Shown here: in pieces, positions 28,432 to 38,125 of the stretch | Numbering within the stretch: the first letter of the stretch is position 1 | Layout of the letters: each line of letters opens with the position of its first letter | DNA from: Thermoplasmata archaeon | GTDB taxonomy: Archaea; Thermoplasmatota; Thermoplasmata; RBG-16-68-12; JAFNFQ01 | NCBI GenBank assembly: GCA_041489255.1 | Contig: JBGPQV010000007.1 | Coordinates: forward strand, 4,006 to 68,005 | Length of the DNA stretch: 64,000 nucleotides | Direction of reading: 5' to 3' | Program-made: the position numbers and the translations under genes | Notes under the pieces: generated by a model | Seen by the model: the letters and a program-made list of their open reading frames with translations, nothing else | Told to the model about the DNA's origin: nothing | Database searches by the model: none

Positions 28432-29664
28432 CTACTTCAGCACGCCGTGCCCGATCAGCCGCCATTTACCGCCGATCCGCCTGCTTATCGCGAGTCTCTG
28501 ACCCGGCTCGGCGGCGACGGGTATCTTGAGGTTCATCTCCGCGACATTGCCGCGGGCCGACGTGACCATGCCCACCGTCGTGGCGGTTCCGATGCTCAGC
28601 ATCAGTGGCTCGTTCGTCTTGACGCCCTCGACCTTGATGTCCTCGGTCGCTCCGACGACTTTGTCGAGCAGCTCGACATCGGCCATCATCTTGTGCATCG
28701 GTTCGGGCAGCGTCCCAGGCGGCCCGACCAACCGCCCGACAAGCGAGTCGGACTTCGTGAATGCGGGGTCGAGGAACGTGCCTATCGCGACCAGCCCGCC
28801 AGGAACGACCTCCTTGCGGGTGCTCCCGCCAGAGTGAAGCGATCGCACCTTGCTCGTCAGCTTCTGCCACTCTGCGTTCGCCCCGCTGCCCACCTGCCTC
28901 CCCGGGCTGATTTCGATCTCCTCTCCGACCTTGAGCCTCCCCCGGGTCAGGGTGCCTCCGATGACCCCGCCGACGAACTTGTCAGGCCCTGCGCCGGGGC
29001 GGTTGACGTCGAAGCTCCTCGCGGCGTGCATCCTCGCCGGCGCCTTCTCGTCGAAGCTGGAGGTGGGGATGAGCTGCTCGATCGCCATGAAAATCGCGTC
29101 GATGTTGACGTCGTGGTGCGCCGAGACCGGGATGATTGGCGCCTTCTCCGCGATCGTTCCCCTGACGAAATCCTCTATCTCCTTGTAGTGCGCCCTCGCC
29201 TCCGCCTCGGACACGATGTCCACCTTGTTCTGGACGATGATTATCTTGTCGACCCCTATGATGCTGAGCGCCATGAGGTGCTCCTTGGTCTGGGGCTGGG
29301 GGCACTTCTCGTTCGCGGCAATGAGGAGGAGGGCGCCGTTCATTATCGCGGCCCCGCTCAGCATCGTGGCCATCAGGGTCTCGTGACCAGGGGAGTCGAC
29401 GAAGCTGATCGCCCTCAGGAACTCGGTCTTCCCGCTGCAGTGCTTGCACGTCTCGCTCGTGCCGAAGCATTGGGGCGTCTCGCAGGTCGGGCACTTGTAG
29501 ACCGCCGCGTCGGCGTAACCGAGGCGTATCGAGATCCCCCGCTTGACCTCCTCGGAGTGGCGGTCGGTGCTCTCGCCCGTCATCGCCCTCACCAGCGCGG
29601 TCTTCCCGTGGTCGACGTGCCCTACGACGCCGACGTTGACGACGGGCTGGATCGGCACCTTCAT
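28432..29664 (-). CDS. eif2g: translation initiation factor 2 subunit gamma (aIF2-gamma)
   Basis: VNVGVVGHVDHGKTAL G1, Zn-ribbon CPTCETPQC…CKHCSG, EF-Tu-like domains. Confidence 0.9.
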   Translation of the reverse strand: MKVPIQPVVNVGVVGHVDHGKTALVRAMTGESTDRHSEEVKRGISIRLGYADAAVYKCPTCETPQCFGTSETCKHCSGKTEFLRAISFVDSPGHETLMATMLSGAAIMNGALLLIAANEKCPQPQTKEHLMALSIIGVDKIIIVQNKVDIVSEAEARAHYKEIEDFVRGTIAEKAPIIPVSAHHDVNIDAIFMAIEQLIPTSSFDEKAPARMHAARSFDVNRPGAGPDKFVGGVIGGTLTRGRLKVGEEIEISPGRQVGSGANAEWQKLTSKVRSLHSGGSTRKEVVPGGLVAIGTFLDPAFTKSDSLVGRLVGPPGTLPEPMHKMMADVELLDKVVGATEDIKVEGVKTNEPLMLSIGTATTVGMVTSARGNVAEMNLKIPVAAEPGQRLAISRRIGGKWRLIGHGVLK

Positions 29665-30050
29665 TGAGACTTCTCCTTGAAGGCGTCCTCTATTGACTTA
29701 GGACCCCTCTGAGAGATCTTGAGGTTGAGCTGGAGGATGTCGCCGCTTATCGTGTTGCCGCGGAGGTTCTTCCTCTTGCGGAGGCCTCTCCTATCAGGAT
29801 GGAACCCGGTGCCGCCGGAGACCAGGACTGGGCGCCTCCTCGGGCCGGCGAGGTCCCTCCTCATGGGGAAGCCGTCCTTGTCGCTCCCGCCCGTGATCTT
29901 GAGCTTGTAGCCGGGGAGGCTCACGAACAGGCCGTCCACATCGTCGCCTATCTTCTTGCCGATGAGGGCGGAGGCATAGTGCCCCGCGATCGTCCTGTTG
30001 TACGTCTTCCCGCTCTTCGGGTCGCCGATTACGGCCTTGAACTCCACCAT
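29661..30050 (-). CDS. rps6e: 30S ribosomal protein S6e
   Basis: MVEFKAVIGDPKSGKTY…GGSDKDGFPM signature; conserved S6e-aIF2gamma neighbourhood. Confidence 0.85.
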   Translation of the reverse strand: MVEFKAVIGDPKSGKTYNRTIAGHYASALIGKKIGDDVDGLFVSLPGYKLKITGGSDKDGFPMRRDLAGPRRRPVLVSGGTGFHPDRRGLRKRKNLRGNTISGDILQLNLKISQRGPKSIEDAFKEKSQ

Positions 30051-30360
30051 TGTTCACACCGAGGTGGGCGACTAAAGAAGGGGGCGGATAAAAACCTACT
30101 GCTTGCGGTTGGTGGGAGAGATGCGTCCGCTTGCAGGTGGCGGGTCTCGGAAAAGCGGTCGCGACCGAGGGACTGCACCGACTGAGACGGATGTGGGCGA
30201 TGGCGGCTGTTCCGTTCCAGCGAACGCCCTCTATTCCTCGGTCAGTTTCAAGGACTATGAATTGTCCGAGCCGTGGAGAGAAAGAGTGTGAGCGTGCCGC
30301 GATGTGCTCGATGGCGCACCCTGGCACGCTCAGTTGCAGATTCCTGGTGCCTTGGTCCGC

Positions 30361-31213
30361 CTATGACGGGTAGAAGACCGCGACCATGGTCCCGCGTACA
30401 TAGCGGTCCACCGCGTCTTGACCCGCCGCCATGTAACCGGCCATGTAGTAGGTGTACGTGCCCGCCGTGACGGTCTCGATCCATTGGCTCGACTGTGTCG
30501 AACCATAGACTGCCGTGGACGCCCCGGACTCGATGTAATAGACTCCCAGTTGATCGTCTATGGCGTCGCAGGTCGCCACGTCCGTCGTGATCTTGAACCA
30601 GTAGGCGTCTGTCTGGCCGCTCGTGTGACTGAGCAGATCGTACTGCCATGCGCTTATCACTATCTGGCCGTCTGCCGGGACGGTGATGGTCAGCTGCATG
30701 AAGGCTTGGCACGAGGCCGTGATGGTCGTGACCGTGCCGAAGACTGTGGAAACCATGAGTGTGCCCGGGCCCGGCGGACCCTGCAGGCCCTGCGGACCTT
30801 GCGCGCCCGCGCAGTCGAGCACGTCCACGACGAGATCGCCGTTTATGTCTTCGGTCGCCAGGTCCCCCACGCGATTGCCATTCAGGTCCCAGCAAGCAAG
30901 GCCAGTCAGGCCCGTGTTCCCGGGCAATCCCTGATTTCCCTGCAATCCCTGGTCTCCCTGAACTCCCTGGATTCCTTGGTCTCCCTTCGGCCCCGCGGGC
31001 CCCGGGAACATTACCATGCCGACCAGCGCAAGCGCCAGACCGGCGGCACCAAGTGCCAGAGCCACGCCAGCCAGCGCGTTCCCCTTGCGAGGAGGGGAGA
31101 TCGGCTCCGGCGCGGGACTCGGCGGCGGTGGCATCATCTGCGGCTGAGGCGGCGGCATTCCTGCACCTGTCGTCTGTCCTGAACTCCAACCTGACATGAT
31201 TGATTTCTCCTTT
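30361..31213 (-). CDS. collagen-like (GXX triple-helix repeat) membrane-anchored protein
   Basis: Pro-rich N-terminus, TM (ALAGVALALGAAGLALALVGMVMF), runs GPAGPKGDQGIQGVQGDQGLQGNQGLPGNTGLTGL and GAQGPQGLQGPPGPG, C-terminal beta-rich domain; ORF-track 5' extension is out-of-frame overlap. Confidence 0.6.
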
Positions 31214-31322
31214 GTGTCCATCACGGATGGACTGCGGTGAATCTGCATCGCCGATATCAAAGTTCTTCTCAGTCTCTGAGTTTTGATAAGCATCGAAGAG
31301 GCGGCGGGAAGGGGCGCACCGA

Positions 31323-31697
31323 TCAAGGGTGGCGGTGCCGCTCGTATGGCCGCCGCCATGCCCTGCCATCCAGGAACATCCCCCACCTGAAGATGGCGAA
31401 TATCATCGCCCCGATGATGAGCAGGACCAGGCCGATGCAGCAGGTCCCGAAGTACTGGAACCCGCCGAAGAAGATCTCGATGATGTTCCTGTCGTCGCAG
31501 TGCAGGCCGCAGTCGATGATGCCCGTGAACGCAACCCACGCGAAGATCGCGAAGAAGATGAGGCCGACGATGAGGCATGTGAACCCTATGATCCACCAGT
31601 AGACACGCTCCGCATAGGCTTCGGGGTTCTGGATCGGTCCACGGATGAGTCCGCCGAACATCGCGGGGAGTCGCAGTGCGGCCCGATACCTAAGCAT
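31323..31697 (-). CDS. small Cys-containing membrane protein
   Basis: 3 hydrophobic helices (WWIIGFTCLIVGLIFFAIFAWVAF; CCIGLVLLIIGAMIFAIF); directly upstream of collagen-like gene. Confidence 0.4.
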   Translation of the reverse strand: MLRYRAALRLPAMFGGLIRGPIQNPEAYAERVYWWIIGFTCLIVGLIFFAIFAWVAFTGIIDCGLHCDDRNIIEIFFGGFQYFGTCCIGLVLLIIGAMIFAIFRWGMFLDGRAWRRPYERHRHP

Positions 31698-31730
31698 TGC
31701 CCCCTGATTCTCAGGCGGGGATGGTGGGTG

Positions 31731-32939
31731 CTACTTCGCCCCGAACAGGCCGAGGACCTTCCCGATGTCGTCGAACACGGCGGCGATCTGCGCACCCTCC
31801 TCCTTGGAGAGGCTGTCCATCTCGTGCACCGCCTCGACGAACTGGAGCATGACGTGAACCGCGTCTGCGGTGTCGAAGTCGTCGTCCATAGCCTTGAAGA
31901 ACCTTGCCTTGGTGGATCTGACGACCGCATCGGCCTTCCCCCCGCTCGGCGTGCCTTCCGCGCGCTTCGCCTTCTCTATCGCCTCGTGCACGTGCGCCAG
32001 CTCCTCCTCCGTCCTCTTGAAGCAGTCGCGGTCGTACTCCACGTTCTTCCTGTAGTGCTCCTTGAGGAGGCAGAGGCGTATGGCTTCAGGGTTGTAATTG
32101 CTGAGCAGGTCCCTGAGGATGACGAAGTTGCCGAGGGACTTGGACATCTTCTCCTGCTCGATCGTGATGAATGCGTTGTGCAGCCAGAAGTCGCACCAGT
32201 TCTCCACGAACGCCTCGCTGATCATCAGCTCGCTCTCGTGGTGGGGGAAGACCAGGTCGGTGCCGCCGCAGTGCACGTCGATGGCGGGGCCGAGGTACCT
32301 GTTCGACATCGCGAAGCACTCGACGTGCCAGCCAGGTCGCCCCTTGCCCCATGGGCTGTCCCAGGAAGGCTGGCCCTCATCCGACTTCCGCCAGAGGGCG
32401 AAATCGAGCGGGTTCTCCCTGCCGCCGGTCGTCTGGGCCGCGTCAACCATCATCGTCCTGATGTCACGGTGGCTGAGGGTGCCGAGGGATTTCGCCTTGT
32501 CCACCCTGAAGAATACGCTGCCGTCAGCCGCATAGGCATACCCCTTGTCGATCAAACCCTTGACCGTCGCGACTATCTCCGGTATATGCTCCGTGACCCT
32601 GGGATACACCTCAGCGCGCCTCACGTTCAAGCGGTCCATGTCATCGAGGAAAGCTCGGATGTTCATCTCCGCGAGCTCGGACGGCTTGATGCCGTGCTGA
32701 CCGGCGGTGCGGATGATGCTGTCCTCTATATCGGTGAAGTTCTGCACGAGGCGGACCCTGTGCCCGAGAAAATCGAGGTATCGCCGCACGACATCGAAGG
32801 CGACGTAGGAGCGCGCGTGGCCGAGGTGGGCGGGCGCGTAGACCGTCGGCCCGCAGACGTACATCAAAACCCCGGAGGGCGTCCTCGGGGCGAACTCCCG
32901 CTTGCCGCGGGTCCTTGTGTCATATACCATCAAAGGCAT
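31731..32939 (-). CDS. cysS: cysteinyl-tRNA synthetase
   Basis: HIGH-type motif PAHLGHARSY, KMSKS, Zn-site GWHVECFAMS. Confidence 0.9.
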   Translation of the reverse strand: MPLMVYDTRTRGKREFAPRTPSGVLMYVCGPTVYAPAHLGHARSYVAFDVVRRYLDFLGHRVRLVQNFTDIEDSIIRTAGQHGIKPSELAEMNIRAFLDDMDRLNVRRAEVYPRVTEHIPEIVATVKGLIDKGYAYAADGSVFFRVDKAKSLGTLSHRDIRTMMVDAAQTTGGRENPLDFALWRKSDEGQPSWDSPWGKGRPGWHVECFAMSNRYLGPAIDVHCGGTDLVFPHHESELMISEAFVENWCDFWLHNAFITIEQEKMSKSLGNFVILRDLLSNYNPEAIRLCLLKEHYRKNVEYDRDCFKRTEEELAHVHEAIEKAKRAEGTPSGGKADAVVRSTKARFFKAMDDDFDTADAVHVMLQFVEAVHEMDSLSKEEGAQIAAVFDDIGKVLGLFGAK

Positions 32940-33000
32940 GAGACGGCCCGACCCACTAGCAGAGGCCGGTTGGACTTAAGGGTTTTCCCCTCGTGAGGGG

Positions 33001-33390
33001 TCAGTCCTGGACCAGCTCAAGGAGGACCCCACCCGTGGATTTGGGGTGGATGAACGCTATCTTGCGGCCATGGGCCCCAATCCTCGGGGTCTCGTTGACC
33101 AGCTGCAGCCCCCTCTCCTTGGCGAGCCTCATCGATTCCTCGATGTTCTCGACACGCAACGCGATGTGGTGGACCCCTTCGCCTCTCTTCTCGATGGACT
33201 TCGCGATGGAGCTTTCAGGCGCGATCGGCTCGAGCAACTCCAGTCTGGTGTCTCCGACTGGAAGGAACGCGACCTTCACTCCCTCGCTCGCGACCGTGTC
33301 CGTGGAGGAGACCTTGAGCCCGAGCGCCTCGTAGGCCTTGATCGCCGCCTCCATGCTCCTCACCGCGATTCCCACATGATCGATATTCAT
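33001..33390 (-). CDS. mce: methylmalonyl-CoA epimerase (VOC/glyoxalase fold)
   Basis: IDHVGIAV…GEGVHHIALRVENIEE…; adjacent to mutase. Confidence 0.8.
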   Translation of the reverse strand: MNIDHVGIAVRSMEAAIKAYEALGLKVSSTDTVASEGVKVAFLPVGDTRLELLEPIAPESSIAKSIEKRGEGVHHIALRVENIEESMRLAKERGLQLVNETPRIGAHGRKIAFIHPKSTGGVLLELVQD

Positions 33391-33394
33391 GTCC

Positions 33395-35047
33395 TCACAG
33401 CTCCTGCTTCGCCCTGTAAGTCCCGAAGGCGTCGCGCAAGACGTCGCTTATCTCGCCGATGGTAGCGCCGGACTTGACGCAATCCAACACGTAGGGTACG
33501 AGATTATCCTTGCCCGCCGCCGCTTCGTTCAACTGTTCGAGCCCCCTCAGCACCGAGTAGCTCTCGCGGCGTTTCCTGAAGTCCGCGAGGCGGGCCACCT
33601 GCCTCTGCTCTATCTTTGGGTCGAGCTTCAGCGTTTCCACCGGCGCGCTCTCCTCGTCCTCGTAGCTGTTGACGCCGACGATGATTCTTCTCTTCTTCTC
33701 CACGTCGAGTTGGAAGCGGTATGCGCTCTCAGCGATCTCCCGCTGCACCCACCCTTTCTCGATCGCCGCCATCATCCCGCCCATCTTGTCGATCCGCTCG
33801 ATGTACCTCTTCGCCACCTCGGCGATCGTCTGCGTGAGCTCCTCGACGTAGTAGCTCCCTGCGAGCGGGTCGATAGTGTTCACCGCCCCGCTCTCGTGCG
33901 CAATTATCTGCTGTGTCCTGAGGGCGATGCGGACAGCCTTCTCGCTCGGTATCATCAGGGCCTCGTCCATGGAGTTGGTATGGAGGGACTGAGTACCGCC
34001 GAGCACGCCCGCCAGCGCCTGGTAAGCGACGCGGACGACGTTGTTGTAAGGCTGCTGGCGGGTGAGGGAGACGCCCGCGGTCTGAGTGTGGAACCTGAGC
34101 ATCATCGAGGCGGGGTTCTTCGCACCGAACCTCTCCTTCATGATCCTGGCCCAGAGCATCCTCGCGGCCCTGAACTTCGCGACCTCCTCGAGTAGATCGC
34201 TCTGCGCGTTGAAGAAGAAGCTGAGCTGAGGTCCGAACGCATCCACCGCCATGCCGCGCTTGATCGCCGCGTCGACGTAGGCGATGGCGTCAGCCAGGGT
34301 GAAAGCGACCTCTTGGATTGCGGTCGCCCCCGCCTCGCGGATGTGGTAGCCTGAAATCGAGATTGCGTTCCACCTCGGCATCTCCCTCGCACAGTAGTCG
34401 ATGAGGTCGACCGCCAGGCGCATGCTCTCTCGCGGCGGGTAGATGTAGGTACCCCGGGCGATGTACTCCTTTAGGATGTCGTTCTGGATAGTGCCGCGCA
34501 GCTCCTTAGCGGGGACTCCTTGCTTCTCGGCAACGGCGACATAGAACGCGAGAAGGACCATTGCAGTCGAGTTGATCGTCATCGAGGTGCTGACCTTCCC
34601 GAGAGCGATGCCGTCGAACAGGGTCGACATGTCAGCGAGGGAGCAGATTGCGACGCCGACCTTGCCGACCTCTCCCCTCGCCATCTCGTTGTCCGAGTCG
34701 TAGCCTATCTGCGTCGGCAGGTCGAAGGCGACGCTCAGGCCGGTGTTACCTTGTGAGAGGAGGTACTTGTAGCGCTTGTTCGACTCCTCCGCCGTGCCGA
34801 AGCCGGCGTACTGCCTCATCGTCCACAGGCGGCCGCGATACATCGTCGGGTAGATGCCGCGCGTGAAGGGGGACTCGCCGGGAAAGGAGATGTCGCGTTC
34901 GTAGTCGACCTTGACCATGACCTCCGGGCCGTAGAGCCTTCGCACATCCATTCCCGACAAGGTGACGGCTTGTGAGGGCTGCAGATCAGCCGTGGCCGAG
35001 CGTTGCGTCCGACGTGCCCTCGATGAATTCACAGTCTTCTTTGCCAA
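33395..35047 (-). CDS. mcmA: methylmalonyl-CoA mutase, catalytic (N-terminal) subunit
   Basis: [53 protein letters not shown] hallmark block. Confidence 0.9.
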   Translation of the reverse strand: MAKKTVNSSRARRTQRSATADLQPSQAVTLSGMDVRRLYGPEVMVKVDYERDISFPGESPFTRGIYPTMYRGRLWTMRQYAGFGTAEESNKRYKYLLSQGNTGLSVAFDLPTQIGYDSDNEMARGEVGKVGVAICSLADMSTLFDGIALGKVSTSMTINSTAMVLLAFYVAVAEKQGVPAKELRGTIQNDILKEYIARGTYIYPPRESMRLAVDLIDYCAREMPRWNAISISGYHIREAGATAIQEVAFTLADAIAYVDAAIKRGMAVDAFGPQLSFFFNAQSDLLEEVAKFRAARMLWARIMKERFGAKNPASMMLRFHTQTAGVSLTRQQPYNNVVRVAYQALAGVLGGTQSLHTNSMDEALMIPSEKAVRIALRTQQIIAHESGAVNTIDPLAGSYYVEELTQTIAEVAKRYIERIDKMGGMMAAIEKGWVQREIAESAYRFQLDVEKKRRIIVGVNSYEDEESAPVETLKLDPKIEQRQVARLADFRKRRESYSVLRGLEQLNEAAAGKDNLVPYVLDCVKSGATIGEISDVLRDAFGTYRAKQEL

Positions 35048-35249
35048 GAATCGCGCACCTTGGCGGTGAACCGGCGATGGCTTGAAAAGGCTTTCCCACG
35101 TCGGCCTGCGATGGGAAGCCTGAAAGCTCTGCGGGCTCCGTTTTCATGTCGCTCGGGAGTTCGCCGCGGGACAAGGGTCGGAAATCGCTTCTTGATCTCT
35201 CCCGGATTGTGAATGCGGCCACCAGATACCGTTATATCCTCAAAGCGGG

Positions 35250-36566
35250 ATGATATTCTCACGAAAAAGATTGGGTGTGAGGGGAATGAGCCTGCCTTCC
35301 GCTTCTGAGAATCCGCCTGCGTATCAGCCGATATCAGAGCCGCTTCCGCGGTCGAAACGTCCGCGACCGAAATGGATCGCGCCAGCCGTAATTGGCGTCG
35401 CAGCATTGCTCGTGGTCGTTGCCCTGATGGCAGGCTTCCTCATGATGAATGCGGGAGACAGAACGCCCCCTGCCGCGGTTTCCAATCTTGCAGCAGCACA
35501 AAATCCGGCAGGCAATTCTGTAGAATTGTATTGGAGGGCGCCCGGTGATGATGGCGATGCAGGAATGGCGTCGCAATACGATATCAGATACTCATCGTCT
35601 CTCATAGACAACGACGAGAAGTATGCAGCCGCGACACCTTGCGTCGGCGAGCCGGCTCCAGCTGCCCCGGGCACAGTGCAGGCCCTTGAAGTGACGGGCC
35701 TGGCACCCGCCGCAACGTATTATTTCGCCCTCAAGACCGCAGACGAGGTGCCGAACTGGTCGCCGCTGTCCAACTCGCCGTATGTCACGCTCGAAAGCCC
35801 AGACACGGTCCCCCCCGCCAAGGTCACGGACCTGAGACCATCGTTCCCGACGAACTCCTCCGTGGAGTTGCGCTGGACAGCGCCAGGAGACGACGGCACC
35901 GTGGGGACTGCGTCGCAATATGACATCAGATTCGCAACCAGCGAGATAGACACAGAAGCGGATTTCGCTGCCGCGACGCCCTGCGTAGGAGAGCCCGCCC
36001 CCGCCGTCGCAGGCACCGTCCAAACATTCAATGTGACAAGCCTGGCGAACGGTGCGATTCACTACTTCGCGCTGAAAACGGCAGACGAGGTTCCCAACTG
36101 GTCGCCGCTGTCCAATTCGACAAGCATACTGCCCAACTTCGCCCTCAATGACACGACTGGTTCGCTTTGGAACCTATATGATCGCATTCTAATTGGCAAG
36201 CCGATTCTCTTGGAATTCATGCATCCCCAATGCTCAGCCTGCATTGATGTCGTCTCGTCGCTCTTGGGGATATACGCCAACTATGGCGCAAGTCTGGAGC
36301 TGGTGAGTGTGGCAGTCACGATGGAGATCACTGGATTCGACAATCCGCCGAACGCCACCATGGTCAATGAATTCAGGACTCAATATGGCGCGGTCTGGAC
36401 TCATCTTGTTGAGACATCCGGGACGCAGGTCCGGGACATGTACGGCATTGACGGGGTGCCGACATTCTTCTTGGTGGGAAAGGATGGGCGGCTCGTATCC
36501 AAGCATGTTGGATCAGGATCAACGGGCGTTTTGATTAGCGAGATAGAGGCGGAACTGTCGTCATGA
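35250..36566 (+). CDS. membrane-anchored extracytoplasmic protein: 2 FN3-like domains + TlpA-like thioredoxin domain (CSAC)
   Basis: N-terminal TM; two repeats (…WRAPGDDGD.G.ASQYDIR(Y/F)…YYFALKTADEVPNWSPLSNS); C-terminal thioredoxin fold with CxxC = HPQCSAC. Confidence 0.7.
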   Translation: MIFSRKRLGVRGMSLPSASENPPAYQPISEPLPRSKRPRPKWIAPAVIGVAALLVVVALMAGFLMMNAGDRTPPAAVSNLAAAQNPAGNSVELYWRAPGDDGDAGMASQYDIRYSSSLIDNDEKYAAATPCVGEPAPAAPGTVQALEVTGLAPAATYYFALKTADEVPNWSPLSNSPYVTLESPDTVPPAKVTDLRPSFPTNSSVELRWTAPGDDGTVGTASQYDIRFATSEIDTEADFAAATPCVGEPAPAVAGTVQTFNVTSLANGAIHYFALKTADEVPNWSPLSNSTSILPNFALNDTTGSLWNLYDRILIGKPILLEFMHPQCSACIDVVSSLLGIYANYGASLELVSVAVTMEITGFDNPPNATMVNEFRTQYGAVWTHLVETSGTQVRDMYGIDGVPTFFLVGKDGRLVSKHVGSGSTGVLISEIEAELSS

Positions 36567-36648
36567 AAATGGATTGAAACAGCAAGCACTTGGAGACCTG
36601 TCGTTCGGAGCTTCGGGTATTGCCAGCCACCATCTCTCCTGACTTCGA

Positions 36649-37122
36649 CTATGACCGGTAGACCGGAACCAAGTCCGTCTTGGCGGGGTATCCGCTGGCG
36701 GTGACTTCCACATTGAGTTCAGAGGTGGAAACTCCAGGCGGCAGGATGACCACCACGCTGTTGAACTTCACGCAACCGTCCTCGTTGCCATCCGCATCGG
36801 TACCCTTGCCGTCCGTGGCGGTCCTGTCGACGCCGACGCCTGAGAGGTGCACGGTGATCCCCTTGATCCTCGTGTCGCCCTGATCGAACGCGCAGACTGT
36901 GACGTCAACTGTCTTCTTCGCCTGAACGTTGATGCCGGGGTTCGACGTGGTTATCGGGTTCGGCTCGATCGATATCGTCTTGATGTTCTTCACCGGCGTC
37001 CCGCTCAGGCCAGAGAACCATCCGACCACCACGACTAGGGCGAGACCAGCCACAACTGCCATAATCAGGAGCTGGAGGGGCAGGCCCTCCAGGCCATCCC
37101 TGTCATCTCGAATATGCTTCAT
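36649..37122 (-). CDS. secreted/anchored protein with N-terminal TM or class-III-like signal; beta-rich (Ig-like?)
   Basis: MKHIRDDRDGLEGLPLQLLIMAVVAGLALVVVVGW then Thr/Val-rich beta domain; ATG at 37122. Confidence 0.45.
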   Translation of the reverse strand: MKHIRDDRDGLEGLPLQLLIMAVVAGLALVVVVGWFSGLSGTPVKNIKTISIEPNPITTSNPGINVQAKKTVDVTVCAFDQGDTRIKGITVHLSGVGVDRTATDGKGTDADGNEDGCVKFNSVVVILPPGVSTSELNVEVTASGYPAKTDLVPVYRS

Positions 37123-37558
37123 CTTGAATCCCAGATATGAATGCGTCTGTTTATGAAATGAATCTCTCCCGCGGGCGTATCTTGGCAATCTCGTACCTCC
37201 TTAATCATCGAGTAAGATTCGCGGCCTCGGTTCTGACTCACAGATAGCGTGGAATATAGCTCAGAAGTCTGCTCTGGGGCGCGCATTGTTTTCTTGCCCT
37301 CACTATTTCTCGAAATCGGTCCTTGATACGGCGACTCGATTCGATTCGGAGCGTCTCGTTGGACTGTCCGCGCGATTCTTGCCCCAAACGTCGCGTCATT
37401 CCGCCGAACGCACGCGATGCTTCTTCCAGTGAAGATTCAGAGTCCATCGAGAATCGCGCGACTGGGACTGACTTGGTCGCCGTCCGGCAAAGCTCGCAGC
37501 CGCATCTCCTCCGCCGGAGGCGACCTTGTTGCCATCCGCATCAATGCCACTCCATACG

Positions 37559-38000
37559 GAACGCCTTTCATCCCAATCGGAATGGATTCCATCCCAATCT
37601 GAATCCTCTTGGGACAACTGTCCCAGACATGGGGGACAATTGCCCCCAGGTTCGTCCCGGTTGCCCCAGGCTCCATCCCGATTGCCCCGAGACCGCTCCC
37701 TGTTGTTCCGACTTCCATCCTAAAGATAGTATATGCAAGAATGTTCATCCGAATGAATGTCCCCATTGTCCCGAGTCCCGGGACAATCGTTCTCAAACCT
37801 ATCCCAGTTGTCCCCGGACCGATTTCAGTTGCCCCGGAGTCCGTCCCGGTTGTCCCCGGCTCTGGAGTAATTGCCCCCGAGTCCATCCCAATTGTCCGAG
37901 GCATCGGGGGACTGTTTTCGGGTCATCAGCTGTTGTCCGCGATTCAATTCCAATTGCCCCGAGACCTTTCCCGATTGTCCCCGCAGCCGTCCCAATCGTC
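37559..38000. repeat. tandem array of ~21 degenerate 21-bp units (consensus ~ catcccgaTTGyCCCgagac), strict phase
   Basis: TTG(T/C)CCC cores at 37609,37630,37651,37672,37693,37756,37798,37819,37840,37861,37882,37924,37944,37965 (steps of 21); one unit inverted (gggacaatcg 37771); one AT-rich unit (taaagatagtatatgc). Confidence 0.8.
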
Positions 38001-38125
38001 CCAGATGGAGGGCAAATGAAGCGGATTCCACGCGATTTCCGCGCTTCCAAGTCGCTCAGATTCCTTGCAGGGCACGTTTCGCGGCAATAGGAAATCCTTA
38101 TGACGGGAATCGAGTTCGTCATCGC

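Noticed and set aside
31329-32996. 555-aa plus-strand ORF
   Set aside because: It is entirely antisense to cysS, whose HIGH/KMSKS motifs identify the real gene. Long antisense ORFs are expected in GC-rich coding DNA.
37323-38090. 255-aa ORF spanning the whole intergenic region as a bona fide gene
   Set aside because: Its N-terminal 80 residues have no signal peptide or motif. All frames stay open because of the in-phase repeat, so the ORF length is not evidence of coding. It is kept only as a hypothesis in the findings.
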